From a virus: DNA of 64,000 bases. The stretch is from the UHGV virus genome UHGV-1366603, one strand, 5' to 3'. How positions within the stretch are numbered: the stretch's first letter is position 1; every line of letters starts with the position of its first letter. Shown here piece after piece: positions 1 through 10,453 of the stretch. The notes below the pieces were generated by a model. The model was given only the letters and a program-made list of their open reading frames with translations, had not been told where the DNA came from and did no database searches. Position numbers and translations under genes: made by a program.

Positions 1-87
1 TTGATAACGATCCTTTAGCGATAGGAATTATGTTAGACCTTGCTATCAATAAAGACGAGATAGCGTGGTGAAAAAAAAAGAAAGCTA

Positions 88-112
88 CTCCGACCCCAGA
101 AGGGTCGGAGTA
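88..112 (-). terminator. rho-independent terminator (bidirectional hairpin)
   Basis: Inverted repeat CTCCGACCC / GGGTCGGAG with 5-nt loop, A9 run on one side and T13 run on the other; lies just beyond the stop (139) of the minus-strand 905-aa gene. A short plus-strand frame ending near 71 may be the 3' end of a convergent upstream gene. Confidence 0.65.
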
Positions 113-138
113 AGCTCGAATTATTTTTTTTTTGCTAT

Positions 139-2856
139 TTAGAGAGTTTCATCGGTGTTTTCGTCTGTACCGGTATCCGTCTCGTCCGTGCCTTCAGTTG
201 AAACGTCTTCTTCCGTTGTCGTATCGGTTTCTGTCGTTTCATCATCGGTCATGTCCAAGTCTTCATCACCGCCCAGATCGTCACCACCTAAGTCCTCATC
301 GCCTCCTAAGCCACCGTCATCTTCAGTGCCGCCACCAAAGTCGCTACCACCGCCGAAGTTATTGGCGTCTTCAGGATTCAGATCGGCTGCTTTTGCTAAC
401 GTCTGAACTTTACCTGTCGCACGTTTTGCTAACTGAATCAGCGTCTTCGATGCCGCTGCAATTTCATCAGAAATCATCTTGACGTTTTCACCACGTTTAT
501 CTTCATCGTAGATCAAATCAAACAGATCGGTTTCGATGCCCTGATTACGTAGCCAGTTGCGCGCGTAGAAGGTCTTAACCATCGTCTTGAGGTCATCAGG
601 TGACATTTCAATACCTTCGTTCTGAAGCATATTAGCAATGTCATCCGTGACCACCAGATCTGCAAGTTTCTCGATAAATTCATAGCGTTTATCGAAGAGA
701 TCAGCTTGAGATGCTGTTGCAGAAGTATCGGGCGGCGGCAAGGTGACCTTCATACCGTTGATAAACTTCGCCATATACTCTGACGTTTGTTTTGTCATCT
801 CTTCGCTAGTTACATTCGGATTCTGCTCACGGATATACTCAACGATAATACGGATGAGTTCTGCTTGCAGTTTCGGTGAAGCTTGCAGACTGTTTGTAAC
901 GTAGCGCGTAAGCGGGGTTGAGAGAATTTCCTGTTTCTTCACAATCTGTTGAGTAACCAACAGCGATTTAGAATAAATCTGAGAAGCAAACTCCAGGTTC
1001 TCCGGGGTAAGTACAAGGTCAGGATCAACACACGCGATGTGACATGTACGGCGTAACAGGTTCTCGTCGATTTGTTGATCAGGAACTTTATACTCCGGCG
1101 TGGTATCAGACACAGACACTTTGTGGCTGGCGTAGTAATCGTTACCCGTTACGTTAAAGGCAATCCCCGCATTAGCCCCCATTGACCAGGCGTCGTTGAT
1201 ATCGCCCCACATCGGCAGACGTCGATTGTAGGAGTTAAGGATATCTGATTTAACTTGGTCAACGGTTTTCTGACCGTTTGCATCATCTGGTGACAGCTCA
1301 ATGTCATACTGCATGTGACGTGCCGAGTTCAGTACAGATGAGTTCATCGTTGCGAACAGCAGCGCCATCCTGACAGTAGAGATAATAAAGGAGCGTTCAG
1401 TAATAGAAACCCCGATACCGTCCTCGTTAAAGTCCGTTGCAAAATAGCATAGGTTATTAACCGGAATGTAAACCACCTGAGTATGACGTTTTGCGAGATG
1501 ACGCGCCAACAGAATACGACCGAATGTTTCGGTAATATTCATGCTGATTTCTGCGCCACCTAGTGCCTGACTTAATGCGCGAGCAAATTCGTTTTCAGCG
1601 ATTTCACCACAACGTGCACTTAAACGGTTGGCGATTTCCGGGGTAATACGAGAAGTGTTCCCTAAGCCCAGATTAGAACGGTTAATGATGCTGTCCGTCA
1701 TCCCGTCGTTATTCAGGTAGTTCATAAAGTTCGCATCGCCGTACAGCGAGGAGCGAGCATTGATGAAGTTACCCATGTCATCTACGATGGTCAGATAACC
1801 AATAGGGTTACGAACGTCATCGCCAATTACCAGTGGCAGCGTTGACTCTGCGGGCAGTAAACGTTCGATGTATTCGATTTTGTTATTCTCATCCATTGAG
1901 ATAATAGGAATATCACCGTACGTTTGTGTTTTCGGTGTTGACTTATACGCCTCGTTTAAATCGCCCAAGTTAATGAACCCTTTTTCAGCAGCGTCACGCT
2001 GACGGTCATCGAAAGATTGGTTAGGGTCGAACGGACTGCCACCGTTTGGTGTAGACGGCTTTTCATATGCGGCTTGCTCTAATTGCCCGTACAATCCCGT
2101 ACGTGCGTTCTCATGCGCGATACGACGATACAAATCCGGCAGCATGGTAATGCGTGGGTTATCGGTAATCGTGATTTCCATCTGGAATTTATCCGAGAAC
2201 ATCGAATCATGCTTACCGAAATCGATTTTCAACGTTTGAGGACCAGTAACGGCTCCGTGTAAACGGTTGAGAATTGATTCTACACCAACTCGCTGCCCTT
2301 CTTTCGGCGCATTAATAGGCCCGAGAATACCAAGCTGTTGTTCGAAGAACGCCGTTTGAGAACGACGAACAGATTCAGTAGCGACCTTTGTATTCAGGCC
2401 GAATAATTGGTCGAAGCCGGTATCCGAGATTATCATCACTGGACTTGCGCCTTTGGTTTTTAACGCATCGTAAATCCACTGATATAATTTCTTAGGTAGC
2501 TGACGAATGTTATCGTGATAATCACGGGTCGGTGTCAGTAGCGCGTTACGCAGATCAATGGGGATGTCCGCGATGTTGTCGTAAATCAACGTCGTGTTGA
2601 TTAAGTCTTTTGTTGATAGCAGGCTCGAAGTTGCAATAGTAACGATTGTTTCGAGTTCAGGTAACGCATCAAAGATACGTTCCGCATTTTTGATAGTACG
2701 AATACGTGAACTCGCAATTGCCGTGAGTTCTTGACGTGTTGGCGTAGAACCACCCTCGCTACGCGTACCGCGTTGTTGCTGAGGTGCTGGGCCCGTAGTT
2801 TTACGAAGAATTGCAGCTACGGCGGGGTCGCCCGTTAATTTACTAATATCGTCCAT
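139..2856 (-). CDS. hypothetical large protein (905 aa) with acidic Gly/Asp/Glu/Thr-rich C-terminal tail; possibly a virion (portal-like) protein
   Basis: Long uninterrupted ORF; ATG at 2854-2856 with GGAGA 7 nt upstream; terminator downstream. C-terminus is low-complexity acidic (GGDEDLGGDDLGGDEDL...TDETDTGTDE). No Walker A or other catalytic motif seen. Portal assignment is a guess from size and acidic tail only. Confidence 0.8.
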   Translation of the reverse strand: MDDISKLTGDPAVAAILRKTTGPAPQQQRGTRSEGGSTPTRQELTAIASSRIRTIKNAERIFDALPELETIVTIATSSLLSTKDLINTTLIYDNIADIPIDLRNALLTPTRDYHDNIRQLPKKLYQWIYDALKTKGASPVMIISDTGFDQLFGLNTKVATESVRRSQTAFFEQQLGILGPINAPKEGQRVGVESILNRLHGAVTGPQTLKIDFGKHDSMFSDKFQMEITITDNPRITMLPDLYRRIAHENARTGLYGQLEQAAYEKPSTPNGGSPFDPNQSFDDRQRDAAEKGFINLGDLNEAYKSTPKTQTYGDIPIISMDENNKIEYIERLLPAESTLPLVIGDDVRNPIGYLTIVDDMGNFINARSSLYGDANFMNYLNNDGMTDSIINRSNLGLGNTSRITPEIANRLSARCGEIAENEFARALSQALGGAEISMNITETFGRILLARHLAKRHTQVVYIPVNNLCYFATDFNEDGIGVSITERSFIISTVRMALLFATMNSSVLNSARHMQYDIELSPDDANGQKTVDQVKSDILNSYNRRLPMWGDINDAWSMGANAGIAFNVTGNDYYASHKVSVSDTTPEYKVPDQQIDENLLRRTCHIACVDPDLVLTPENLEFASQIYSKSLLVTQQIVKKQEILSTPLTRYVTNSLQASPKLQAELIRIIVEYIREQNPNVTSEEMTKQTSEYMAKFINGMKVTLPPPDTSATASQADLFDKRYEFIEKLADLVVTDDIANMLQNEGIEMSPDDLKTMVKTFYARNWLRNQGIETDLFDLIYDEDKRGENVKMISDEIAAASKTLIQLAKRATGKVQTLAKAADLNPEDANNFGGGSDFGGGTEDDGGLGGDEDLGGDDLGGDEDLDMTDDETTETDTTTEEDVSTEGTDETDTGTDENTDETL

Positions 2857-2867
2857 TGGGGTCTCCG

Positions 2868-5051
2868 ATGCAGAGATTTAACATATTTCGTGAACAGAAC
2901 ATCGCGTTGGCGAAATCACTGATTATTAAATCAGAATCAATCGCACAACAGATGAATCTGGCAATAACCGAGAACGGCGGTTTCGTTTCCGATAACCGAA
3001 GTACGTGGCGATACTACCTGCATTTAGCAGGACAACGTCACGAATGGGATAAGCCCATTTACATAACGTCGCTCGACACGCAAGAGCAGATAGAATTAAC
3101 GACAGCCAACCTGTCCCGTCATAAAAAGACCTCAAACGTATTTCGTTCGAACGGCGAGTACATTGAGGAGCTGATCAGAACGTATCCTGACTACGCGATT
3201 TATATCCGAGGTGTGTTTAATCCGGTGGATATAAACTACGCCATCCGTGTGGCCGACTGCTCTATCCTCTATTACGACAGTTCATTAGTGGAGTCGCAAG
3301 AGACGTCGCTGATGTCGAGATTGGAAGACAGAATAAGGGCAGCTCATGTTCGCTATATGTCAGAAGGGTGGAAAGTTCACAACGATGCGTTCGTGTTAGC
3401 GTTCTACTGTATTCTGTATCCGCAGCTACCCGGCATTATTGGTTACATCCGTTCTTCTTTACAGCATACCACGGAAACGCATTCGTTTTACGTGACAGAG
3501 TTCTTAGCATCACACCAAGAACTTCACGAGTTTATGCCTTATCTGACCCAGAAACAGAAATTCATTCTGTATCGGAATATTCGTTACTGGGAGCGTAACT
3601 CAGGGAAAGAGGAGATTTTCGACTGGCAGATTGATGCGCTACTGACAGGTTGGGGGATGCCTGCGGTTGGGTATAATGTTGCGCAACAGATACACGAACC
3701 GAAGGATGATGACGATTCCACGTTAACACCGTTACCGATTGGTTATCAGCAATCGCTTAACTATACGGAAAAGGATTCTGGTCGAGACCTTGACATTGTA
3801 ACGACGACGGACATTATCCAGAAGGAAGTCGCGTTAGCGTACAATAACCCGGCGTACGAACCGGAGTATCAGGAAGACTTAGATACCCGTTTAAGTTTAA
3901 CGCAATACCCTAACCTGAAAACCAAACTCATTGAAGTTACAGCAGTCGACCCAGAGGCGATTGAGCGCTTCGAGTATCTGCATAACCTCTTTAACGAATG
4001 GGTACATCTCGTCGCGAAAGGGAAATACAACATTTACCACGAGATTCTTAACCCAACAAACGGGGATACCTTAAAGCTTAGCTCAAAAGAGTTATTGGCG
4101 CTGTTCTTGTACGCGGCGTATAAAGGGTATTCTGACGTTGCGTTAGAAGAGATTCCTGTGTTCAACGTATTCGGGGTGTTAATCAAACGCTGGGTTCCAT
4201 TCGACGAAATGGAACAACATTTAATCCCGAGCTGGGAAAACCGTTTCGATGCGTTGATTAACTATTATACCGATACGCACACAGAAGTCGTCGGAACGAT
4301 TCTCAGTGCTGACGAACTCTACGACACGGTTAATGAAATCATTACCCAGAAACGTCGTCGTTGGCGTTATAGCCAAAACCGTCGGAAGATTCCTGACCGC
4401 GCTGCGGGCTTGATGCTGTTTAACTACCATTATCGTGATTATCGTTGCGATTTAAAACTGAACTACCGTAACTACGATGAGTTCTTTAAAACGTTTGGGT
4501 TAGATTATACGTTGGTTTCTGCGGAGACGTGGCAAGACATTGCTATTGACGCGTTTAACACCGCAACTAACCTCGAAACCCGCGCAACGATTTCACAGTC
4601 TGAGATTCAGCGTGCGATGGTACGACTGATGACGAAGCTGTCATCCTACACCGTACATTTTGCTGCACGAATGGGGTCAGATTCTTACGACGTTATGGAC
4701 CCGCTCTGTCCTATCTTAGGGGATATCCCTATGAGTGGGGAGGGGTCGGTTACCATTATTGAACCCCTCTTAGGCGTACAGCAAGTTACGCGTCACCAGT
4801 ATATGTCCACCGACACTGTGTTACCGGCAGCGCCTGTTATTAAAGAACTGTCGATGCCGCAGCACATCAAACTCAGGATGAACATTTACATGGGCATCCG
4901 AGTGAAAGTAACACAGCAGGTTGTGGTGGATATTAACGAGCCGACTACCGGGGTTGTTAAAGTGAAATCTTCGCTTGACGATTGGACGTTAAACGAACAG
5001 GTGAAAATTAACGATCTGGACGGCTTCACGCTTGACCAGCTACCTAAGTGA
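2868..5051 (+). CDS. hypothetical protein (727 aa)
   Basis: Long ORF; first ATG at 2868 (the track start at 2856 is a TTG). Start lies only 12 bp from the divergent start of the 905-aa gene. No recognisable motif. Confidence 0.75.
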   Translation: MQRFNIFREQNIALAKSLIIKSESIAQQMNLAITENGGFVSDNRSTWRYYLHLAGQRHEWDKPIYITSLDTQEQIELTTANLSRHKKTSNVFRSNGEYIEELIRTYPDYAIYIRGVFNPVDINYAIRVADCSILYYDSSLVESQETSLMSRLEDRIRAAHVRYMSEGWKVHNDAFVLAFYCILYPQLPGIIGYIRSSLQHTTETHSFYVTEFLASHQELHEFMPYLTQKQKFILYRNIRYWERNSGKEEIFDWQIDALLTGWGMPAVGYNVAQQIHEPKDDDDSTLTPLPIGYQQSLNYTEKDSGRDLDIVTTTDIIQKEVALAYNNPAYEPEYQEDLDTRLSLTQYPNLKTKLIEVTAVDPEAIERFEYLHNLFNEWVHLVAKGKYNIYHEILNPTNGDTLKLSSKELLALFLYAAYKGYSDVALEEIPVFNVFGVLIKRWVPFDEMEQHLIPSWENRFDALINYYTDTHTEVVGTILSADELYDTVNEIITQKRRRWRYSQNRRKIPDRAAGLMLFNYHYRDYRCDLKLNYRNYDEFFKTFGLDYTLVSAETWQDIAIDAFNTATNLETRATISQSEIQRAMVRLMTKLSSYTVHFAARMGSDSYDVMDPLCPILGDIPMSGEGSVTIIEPLLGVQQVTRHQYMSTDTVLPAAPVIKELSMPQHIKLRMNIYMGIRVKVTQQVVVDINEPTTGVVKVKSSLDDWTLNEQVKINDLDGFTLDQLPK

Positions 5052-5058
5052 GAAAACC

Positions 5059-5586
5059 ATGGCATATCGCGTCGACTTAACGAAAACTCCGAAACAAATT
5101 CTGGTAGATCGTATTAACTACGTTTTCGGGGTATCCTATACCACTGATAACATCGATTTTAACGATAAAGGTGTGCAGCCACTGACGAAAGACGAAGCCC
5201 GTCGTTACGGACTGGAATCGAAAGTGGCGGCCGACTTTAAAAACGGTGTTACAGGGAACCAGGAATTCATCTTAACCCGTGTTGACCTGGCAACGTTCTT
5301 AGCTGACGAACCGGTTACAGTACCGAAAGGCGAAGTAACCAGCAGCCAAGAACTGGCAGACTATATCGTTGCCCAGACCGGTATTGATTTGACCAAAGAT
5401 GACATTATGATCGAGCCTATCAGTGAGGAACTCGATTCTTATGATGTTCGCTTAGTCCCGAATCACTTATCTTTTAAAGGAACGATTCCGGTCGTATTTA
5501 CTGACCCCACACCACGCACGTTGGCGTCTCTCGTGACGAAACTTGCGCTGGACGGGTTCCGCCCTGGAGAATTAATCAATGTCTAA
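5059..5586 (+). CDS. hypothetical protein (175 aa)
   Basis: ORF with ATG at 5059; follows previous gene closely; stop overlaps next start. Confidence 0.65.
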   Translation: MAYRVDLTKTPKQILVDRINYVFGVSYTTDNIDFNDKGVQPLTKDEARRYGLESKVAADFKNGVTGNQEFILTRVDLATFLADEPVTVPKGEVTSSQELADYIVAQTGIDLTKDDIMIEPISEELDSYDVRLVPNHLSFKGTIPVVFTDPTPRTLASLVTKLALDGFRPGELINV

Positions 5587-6466
5587 TGTCAAAGTTTACG
5601 ACGGTAAACTCTCGACGGTAACACTTAATGCGATGCGTCTGGCTACCGCATTAATTACCGGTGCCGATGTGCAATACCCACAGAAGTCCACACTGAATGA
5701 GTTTTATAAGCTCATGCAAACCCCAGTGCCGGACGGTAAAGCACGTCCCCATTTGCAGTACATGGCGATTGGTAACCGTGGCCACATGGTCGACACATCA
5801 GACGTTGTTGCTGATGTTGTTCCTGTAGCTAAAGAACCTATCGCGTCCGGGATGTTTTCACGCGTTCCGTTTGTCCTGCGTACTAAAGACAACGATTTGT
5901 CTGATGAACAGCGTAAGAACTACGCTTTCCGTACTCTGGAAACCATCAACAAACGTGAGTATTGGGCGTACTACTTAAAACGCATTGACATGCGTGCAGT
6001 AAAAACTACCGACTACGACATTAAGCGTGAGAACGGTGTTGAAACTGTAGAAGACTTTGTCTATACGGATACTGAACTGAACCCGGTACCGAAAGTGTTA
6101 CCGGACTACGATTACGACGATGACGGTACCGTTGCAATTCCTGACGGCCGTTATGTGGAATCAGGCGCAGACCTGGTTATTCCGTGGACGGACTTTGACG
6201 TTCAGGAGTACATGAACGTGACCAGCATTATGCGCGGTAGCCCTCGTAGTTCGATTATCTCTGAACTGGCACTGTGCTCTGGTTTAGACCAAGTAACGTC
6301 TGGTGACTCTGCCACAGGTTCGAAGTTCAGCTACACTGAAGCTATCGGTGTACAAGCCCTGTATTACATTTCGATGTTTACTAACCTGGCGCAGACGAAC
6401 GATAAACTGTCACTGACAATCCGTATCGGTCAACCTGCACCGTTCTTCTTAGGGACAGCGAATTAA
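5579..6466 (+). CDS. hypothetical protein (295 aa)
   Basis: ATG at 5579 preceded by GGAGA; acidic segment DYDYDDDG; no motif recognised. Confidence 0.75.
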   Translation: MSNVKVYDGKLSTVTLNAMRLATALITGADVQYPQKSTLNEFYKLMQTPVPDGKARPHLQYMAIGNRGHMVDTSDVVADVVPVAKEPIASGMFSRVPFVLRTKDNDLSDEQRKNYAFRTLETINKREYWAYYLKRIDMRAVKTTDYDIKRENGVETVEDFVYTDTELNPVPKVLPDYDYDDDGTVAIPDGRYVESGADLVIPWTDFDVQEYMNVTSIMRGSPRSSIISELALCSGLDQVTSGDSATGSKFSYTEAIGVQALYYISMFTNLAQTNDKLSLTIRIGQPAPFFLGTAN

Positions 6467-7110
6467 TGTTGATTCCTGAGCCGAGACTTCCCGATAAAAT
6501 GGTCAGGATCGCGGCGATAGACCCCGGTACGAGCCATCTCGGGATGGCGGTGCTGGATTGGGAATATGGCAGCGACCAAGCCGAAGTGGTGTGGGCTGAT
6601 ACCATGCACGTATTAGACCCAACACATCCAAGTGCGTTTGCAGAGTGTGTCGGTAAACGCGACGATCGCTTAGTAAAACTCGAAGCGTGCTACCGTGAGT
6701 TTCTTCGGATTGCGCGTCCGACGTTTGTTGCAACAGAAACGCCGTTTATGCGGCGGGCAAAACTCTCCGCGTATGAGTCTGGCGTAGAGTTACAGCTGAT
6801 GTTAAGACGGGCGTTATGGGACGTGTTTCCAGAGAAAGTCTTACACGGGTTCAATCCGATTATTGTAAAATCATTCGTTGGTGTGGAAGCGAAAGGAACG
6901 GACAAAACAGATATGTTTCGTGCCGTAACGAAGTTGTATCGCGACCACGCGTTGTTTGACATTACAACGTTGGATGAGCACAGTATCGATGCCGTGGCGG
7001 TGGGGAATATCTTTGTCAGGGTAAACCTGTTAAACTTGAATAGTCTCCTACCGCCAAAACAAAAGTCTGCTAAGACAGCAAAACGGCGGAGAAGACGTCG
7101 GAGGAAATAG
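6466..7110 (+). CDS. RuvC-like Holliday junction resolvase
   Basis: N-terminal VRIAAIDPGTSHLGMAV resembles the RuvC IDPG catalytic motif; later ATETPF and DEHSIDAVAVG fit the acidic catalytic positions of the RuvC fold; basic KRRRRRRRK C-terminus. True start may be the internal ATG at 6499. Confidence 0.6.
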   Translation: MLIPEPRLPDKMVRIAAIDPGTSHLGMAVLDWEYGSDQAEVVWADTMHVLDPTHPSAFAECVGKRDDRLVKLEACYREFLRIARPTFVATETPFMRRAKLSAYESGVELQLMLRRALWDVFPEKVLHGFNPIIVKSFVGVEAKGTDKTDMFRAVTKLYRDHALFDITTLDEHSIDAVAVGNIFVRVNLLNLNSLLPPKQKSAKTAKRRRRRRRK

Positions 7111-7112
7111 CG

Positions 7113-7691
7113 ATGTCGCAACCAACACAAGACGTGTCAGCCGCAATTCTTGACATTCTTATCCAAGCAGGAAACAGAAAGTTAAGTAAAGAGCAGTCCG
7201 AAGAACTGTCTAAGATTCTCAAAGACAACTTCGGTGACGACGTCTCTGTAGACGTAACGCGGTCGGGTACAAAGATTCTGTCGGAGCTACGCCCAACGCT
7301 TCTTGAGAACATTGGAAAGATGGCGGAAAACTTTCAGCAGCAAGCCACAAACGCTGTAGAGAGTTTAGGTGACGAAGTAAGCAAAGAAACGATGTTGACA
7401 CTGTGGCCAAAACTTGCCGGTGCACAGAAGTTCATTATTGTTCTGCTTGCACTCGCCACTGTGGTCGTGACAGGCTTCTTAGCGTACGACACGCATCAGA
7501 ACTTTCCAAAAGACAGTATGGAAGTGTTATTTGTATCCTTACTTCCGCTGTTCGGATTGGTAGTATTTGCAACGTGGCCAATTAAAACGTTGGCTTACAA
7601 GTCGTTGGAGATTGCTACCAAAGTTGTCGAGAAGAAACTTGAGAAATCAGGTCAGGTCGTCGCGAAGACGGAAACAAAGACAGCGAAATAA
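7113..7691 (+). CDS. membrane protein (two predicted TM helices)
   Basis: GGAGG RBS before ATG 7113; hydrophobic stretches FIIVLLALATVVVTGFLAY and VLFVSLLPLFGLVVFATW; followed by terminator. Confidence 0.7.
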   Translation: MSQPTQDVSAAILDILIQAGNRKLSKEQSEELSKILKDNFGDDVSVDVTRSGTKILSELRPTLLENIGKMAENFQQQATNAVESLGDEVSKETMLTLWPKLAGAQKFIIVLLALATVVVTGFLAYDTHQNFPKDSMEVLFVSLLPLFGLVVFATWPIKTLAYKSLEIATKVVEKKLEKSGQVVAKTETKTAK

Positions 7692-7694
7692 AAC

Positions 7695-7736
7695 CAACCT
7701 CTACCTTCGGGTAGAGGTTTTCTTCTTTTTATTTTA
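7695..7736 (+). terminator. rho-independent terminator
   Basis: AACCTCTACC-TTCG-GGTAGAGGTT hairpin followed by a T-rich run. Confidence 0.8.
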
Positions 7737-7779
7737 CAATTTTTGATCATACTGTGAGACTTGAACAAGGAGACTTATC

Positions 7780-8433
7780 ATGGAACCACTACGTTTAATG
7801 ACCAGAACGCTACTGATTCCTATCTGGGAATTGAAGCTTGCCCCATTGCCTGCCTCTAATGGGGAGGTCATTGATTTTATTAAAGACGAAGAATTCGTGT
7901 TGACGGCTTTCCAGGAGACGCTGCATCGTTATTATAATGCAGTGCCTTTATCTGGCGGATTAGATTGCCCTGGTGTAGAAGGGAGTACGTCTGCGTTAAT
8001 TGCAGAGTATTTAGAACAGAAAGGAATCGGGGTTGGGAAAGGTCGGGTTTATGTGGACGTCGATAAACTGAAGAGTTATCAGATTGAGCTGACGTTTCAG
8101 ATAAGAAAATTACTTACTCGCTACGGTCTTTTCTCGATTAACTGTAAGGTTGATGACGTACGGATGTTAGACCACGGTTTTACCACCGCCCTCAAAACTT
8201 GTCGCGGTAAAAGATTCGTACAATTTGCGTGGTGGGTACCAGTATTGCGTGGTGAGAGAAAAACGGTGGAGGGGTTGTACGGCTGGGCGCTATGGAGCGA
8301 AGTTCCAGTAAATAAACTCGATGCGGTTATTCCAAAGCACCGAAACGTTCCGCTTAGCAGTTTATTTACTTCCGGCGAGAACACTACGTGGGCTGAATTC
8401 GTTAATAACGTTATGTCAATTGGGGAACAATGA
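7780..8433 (+). CDS. hypothetical protein (217 aa)
   Basis: AAGGAGA RBS before ATG 7780; ORF spans to 8433. Confidence 0.75.
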   Translation: MEPLRLMTRTLLIPIWELKLAPLPASNGEVIDFIKDEEFVLTAFQETLHRYYNAVPLSGGLDCPGVEGSTSALIAEYLEQKGIGVGKGRVYVDVDKLKSYQIELTFQIRKLLTRYGLFSINCKVDDVRMLDHGFTTALKTCRGKRFVQFAWWVPVLRGERKTVEGLYGWALWSEVPVNKLDAVIPKHRNVPLSSLFTSGENTTWAEFVNNVMSIGEQ

Positions 8434-8909
8434 TGCAGCAATTAGATATTACTGAAGACAAAATCTCCGCTAAATTTCCACAATTACGCGAATACATTAA
8501 GGACTTAAACTCGATACGCGAAACACCTGTTCGTATTACGTTAGCGATAGAAGACGATATTACGCACGGTATTGCGATTTGGGAACCGGGCAATCTTATC
8601 TATCTGGTGGTAGCAGAAGGTTCTCGTCGTTTCGGCGTGGGTTCGTTCTTATTGCAGTACGTTCAGTTGAATTCCGATCGTCAAATGGTGACGTGTCGTG
8701 TCCACCCTTCGAACATTGACGGCCTGTGTTTCTTTTCGAAAAAAGGCTACCAGATTGACCGTTGGTATATCGCCAGCGACTCTCGTCGGTATTTTCGTAT
8801 GACGAACGGTAACGTTGTTTCGTCATACGCCCCGCCGGAAGAAGGATATTTGGTGGATTTTATCGAAAACACGCCCATCTTTCTCTCTGTTGCGGATAAA
8901 ATTTATTAA
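8430..8909 (+). CDS. GNAT-family acetyltransferase-like protein
   Basis: LVVAEGSRRFGVGSFLL resembles GNAT motif A (R/Q-x-x-G-x-G/A acetyl-CoA binding loop). Weak, motif only. Confidence 0.45.
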   Translation: MMQQLDITEDKISAKFPQLREYIKDLNSIRETPVRITLAIEDDITHGIAIWEPGNLIYLVVAEGSRRFGVGSFLLQYVQLNSDRQMVTCRVHPSNIDGLCFFSKKGYQIDRWYIASDSRRYFRMTNGNVVSSYAPPEEGYLVDFIENTPIFLSVADKIY

Positions 8910-8925
8910 CCGTTGAGAGTCTAAA

Positions 8926-9402
8926 ATGATACGTGTCGAATATGAGACGCGGTGCTTAGAAGACAATCGAGCAAAAGCATTACGTTGTGTTGAAATCGTC
9001 CCCGAACACGAACTGGATATTCAAGCTGGTAAGGTTCGGGGCGTTCCGGTTAAGATCGTACAACATAGCCATTGTTCGCAATATAAAGAGAAAGCTGTCC
9101 CAGTAGTACGTTCCAGTAAACGAGAAGACTTTTCAGAACTCCGTAAGTGTTTTCAACGACACTACCGCCGGAGTAAATGGAAAGTGTTGGTATTAATGTT
9201 AGTCGACGATTTCATTAAAGACCTGGTTTGGGAAGAAGTGCTTAAAGAGCGTGGTTTTCAACCCAAACCGTTCTCGTATCACTGGGAACGTTTCAAAAAG
9301 AAATACCACGAGTCATTGCGTTGGTCTCCGAACACCCGGAATATGATGCCGCGTTTAGAGTCAATGTCTTGGCTTCGTGTTTATCTCGATGAGGTAAACT
9401 GA
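8926..9402 (+). CDS. hypothetical protein (158 aa)
   Basis: ORF with ATG 8926; stop overlaps next start. Confidence 0.65.
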   Translation: MIRVEYETRCLEDNRAKALRCVEIVPEHELDIQAGKVRGVPVKIVQHSHCSQYKEKAVPVVRSSKREDFSELRKCFQRHYRRSKWKVLVLMLVDDFIKDLVWEEVLKERGFQPKPFSYHWERFKKKYHESLRWSPNTRNMMPRLESMSWLRVYLDEVN

Positions 9403-9791
9403 TGAAACGTTTTATTACTCCATTTCTAATGTTACTTTCGTTTTCTGTATTAGCGGATTTTAAACCTTACGATATCAGTCGTTACGAACCTGCTGTTCCT
9501 GGCGATAAACCGGTTGTGTTTAAAGCAGACGACCAACCCGTCACTGCGGTTCAAAACGATGAGTTTGCAGTGGTGAATTACGGCAAAACGGACTTATGCC
9601 CTGCGGGTGGATTTTATCTGGTGAACATCAAACGTCGAACTTATCAGTTTGTTGATCCGGGTAGCTGCTCTGCAATGGTTAAGGTGACGTTAGAAACCGT
9701 ACCTTACACGAATAAAAACATTAATATACAACGTTTAACCTTTTATGCGGGTGATGAAATCACAGCACGTTATCCGTTATACGGGTATTAG
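9402..9791 (+). CDS. secreted/periplasmic protein with N-terminal signal peptide
   Basis: MKRFITPFLMLLSFSVLA-DF: basic n-region, hydrophobic core, AxA-like cleavage site; two Cys in the mature part. Confidence 0.65.
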   Translation: MKRFITPFLMLLSFSVLADFKPYDISRYEPAVPGDKPVVFKADDQPVTAVQNDEFAVVNYGKTDLCPAGGFYLVNIKRRTYQFVDPGSCSAMVKVTLETVPYTNKNINIQRLTFYAGDEITARYPLYGY

Positions 9792-9814
9792 TGATTAGCC
9801 CCCACGGAGTTCGT

Positions 9815-10453
9815 ATGTCTTTTGTAATTGATTTCGACGTTGGCCACAGACAGAACTTACTTAATCTCGTTAGTTATTGTAACAGTGACAGTGTACGGAA
9901 AAAGCTTTCGGCTGAAAAGGTAGACGTTACGCTCGTCGGTGCCCCAACACCGGAAGGACGCTATAAGGTAAAGTTAACGAACCGTAACGACATAAACGAT
10001 GCGGTACTGATTACCTACACAAAGCTTCAACTGAACGACTTCCTTGAGATTCCTGCCAAGTATCTGGATTGGTTTGATTTCGAAAACGGTCAACCTAAGA
10101 ACTACGATACGTGGGCAGCTTCCGCTAAAGTCGCTGTAGAGAAAATGTGCCAAGACCGAGGTATGGTGATATCGCGCGCTTGGGACACCGGTTCACAGTG
10201 TCACATTGAGTTTGACGAGTCTATCGAACGCTATGTGGTTGTTTACGAGTGCGACTCTTTTATTTATAGTGCGAGAAACCGATTCATCTTACCTCTACAC
10301 TTAGGGCAGGTGATTAACGACACGACATTAGACGGTCTTGATTACAATAACGAACTGAACAAGAAACCATTGGCGGATTTGGACGGTGAGTTAGAAGTGT
10401 GGATGGGTCAGGCGTTGGTTGAGACAGTCGTCTTAAGCGGCCTGGAAATGTAG
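9815..10453 (+). CDS. hypothetical protein (212 aa)
   Basis: ATG 9815 preceded by ACGGAG; track start at 9791 is a GTG inside the previous gene. Confidence 0.65.
   Translation: MSFVIDFDVGHRQNLLNLVSYCNSDSVRKKLSAEKVDVTLVGAPTPEGRYKVKLTNRNDINDAVLITYTKLQLNDFLEIPAKYLDWFDFENGQPKNYDTWAASAKVAVEKMCQDRGMVISRAWDTGSQCHIEFDESIERYVVVYECDSFIYSARNRFILPLHLGQVINDTTLDGLDYNNELNKKPLADLDGELEVWMGQALVETVVLSGLEM

Noticed and set aside
3..71. Short open frame at the left edge as a defined gene
   Set aside because: Only 23 codons are visible before the stop; it may be the 3' end of an upstream gene but cannot be supported from this window.
132..482. Plus-strand ORFs 132..482 and 155..406 (Ser/Pro-rich translations)
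   Set aside because: They lie antisense inside the 3' end of the 905-aa gene and simply mirror its acidic low-complexity tail; no RBS and low-complexity product.
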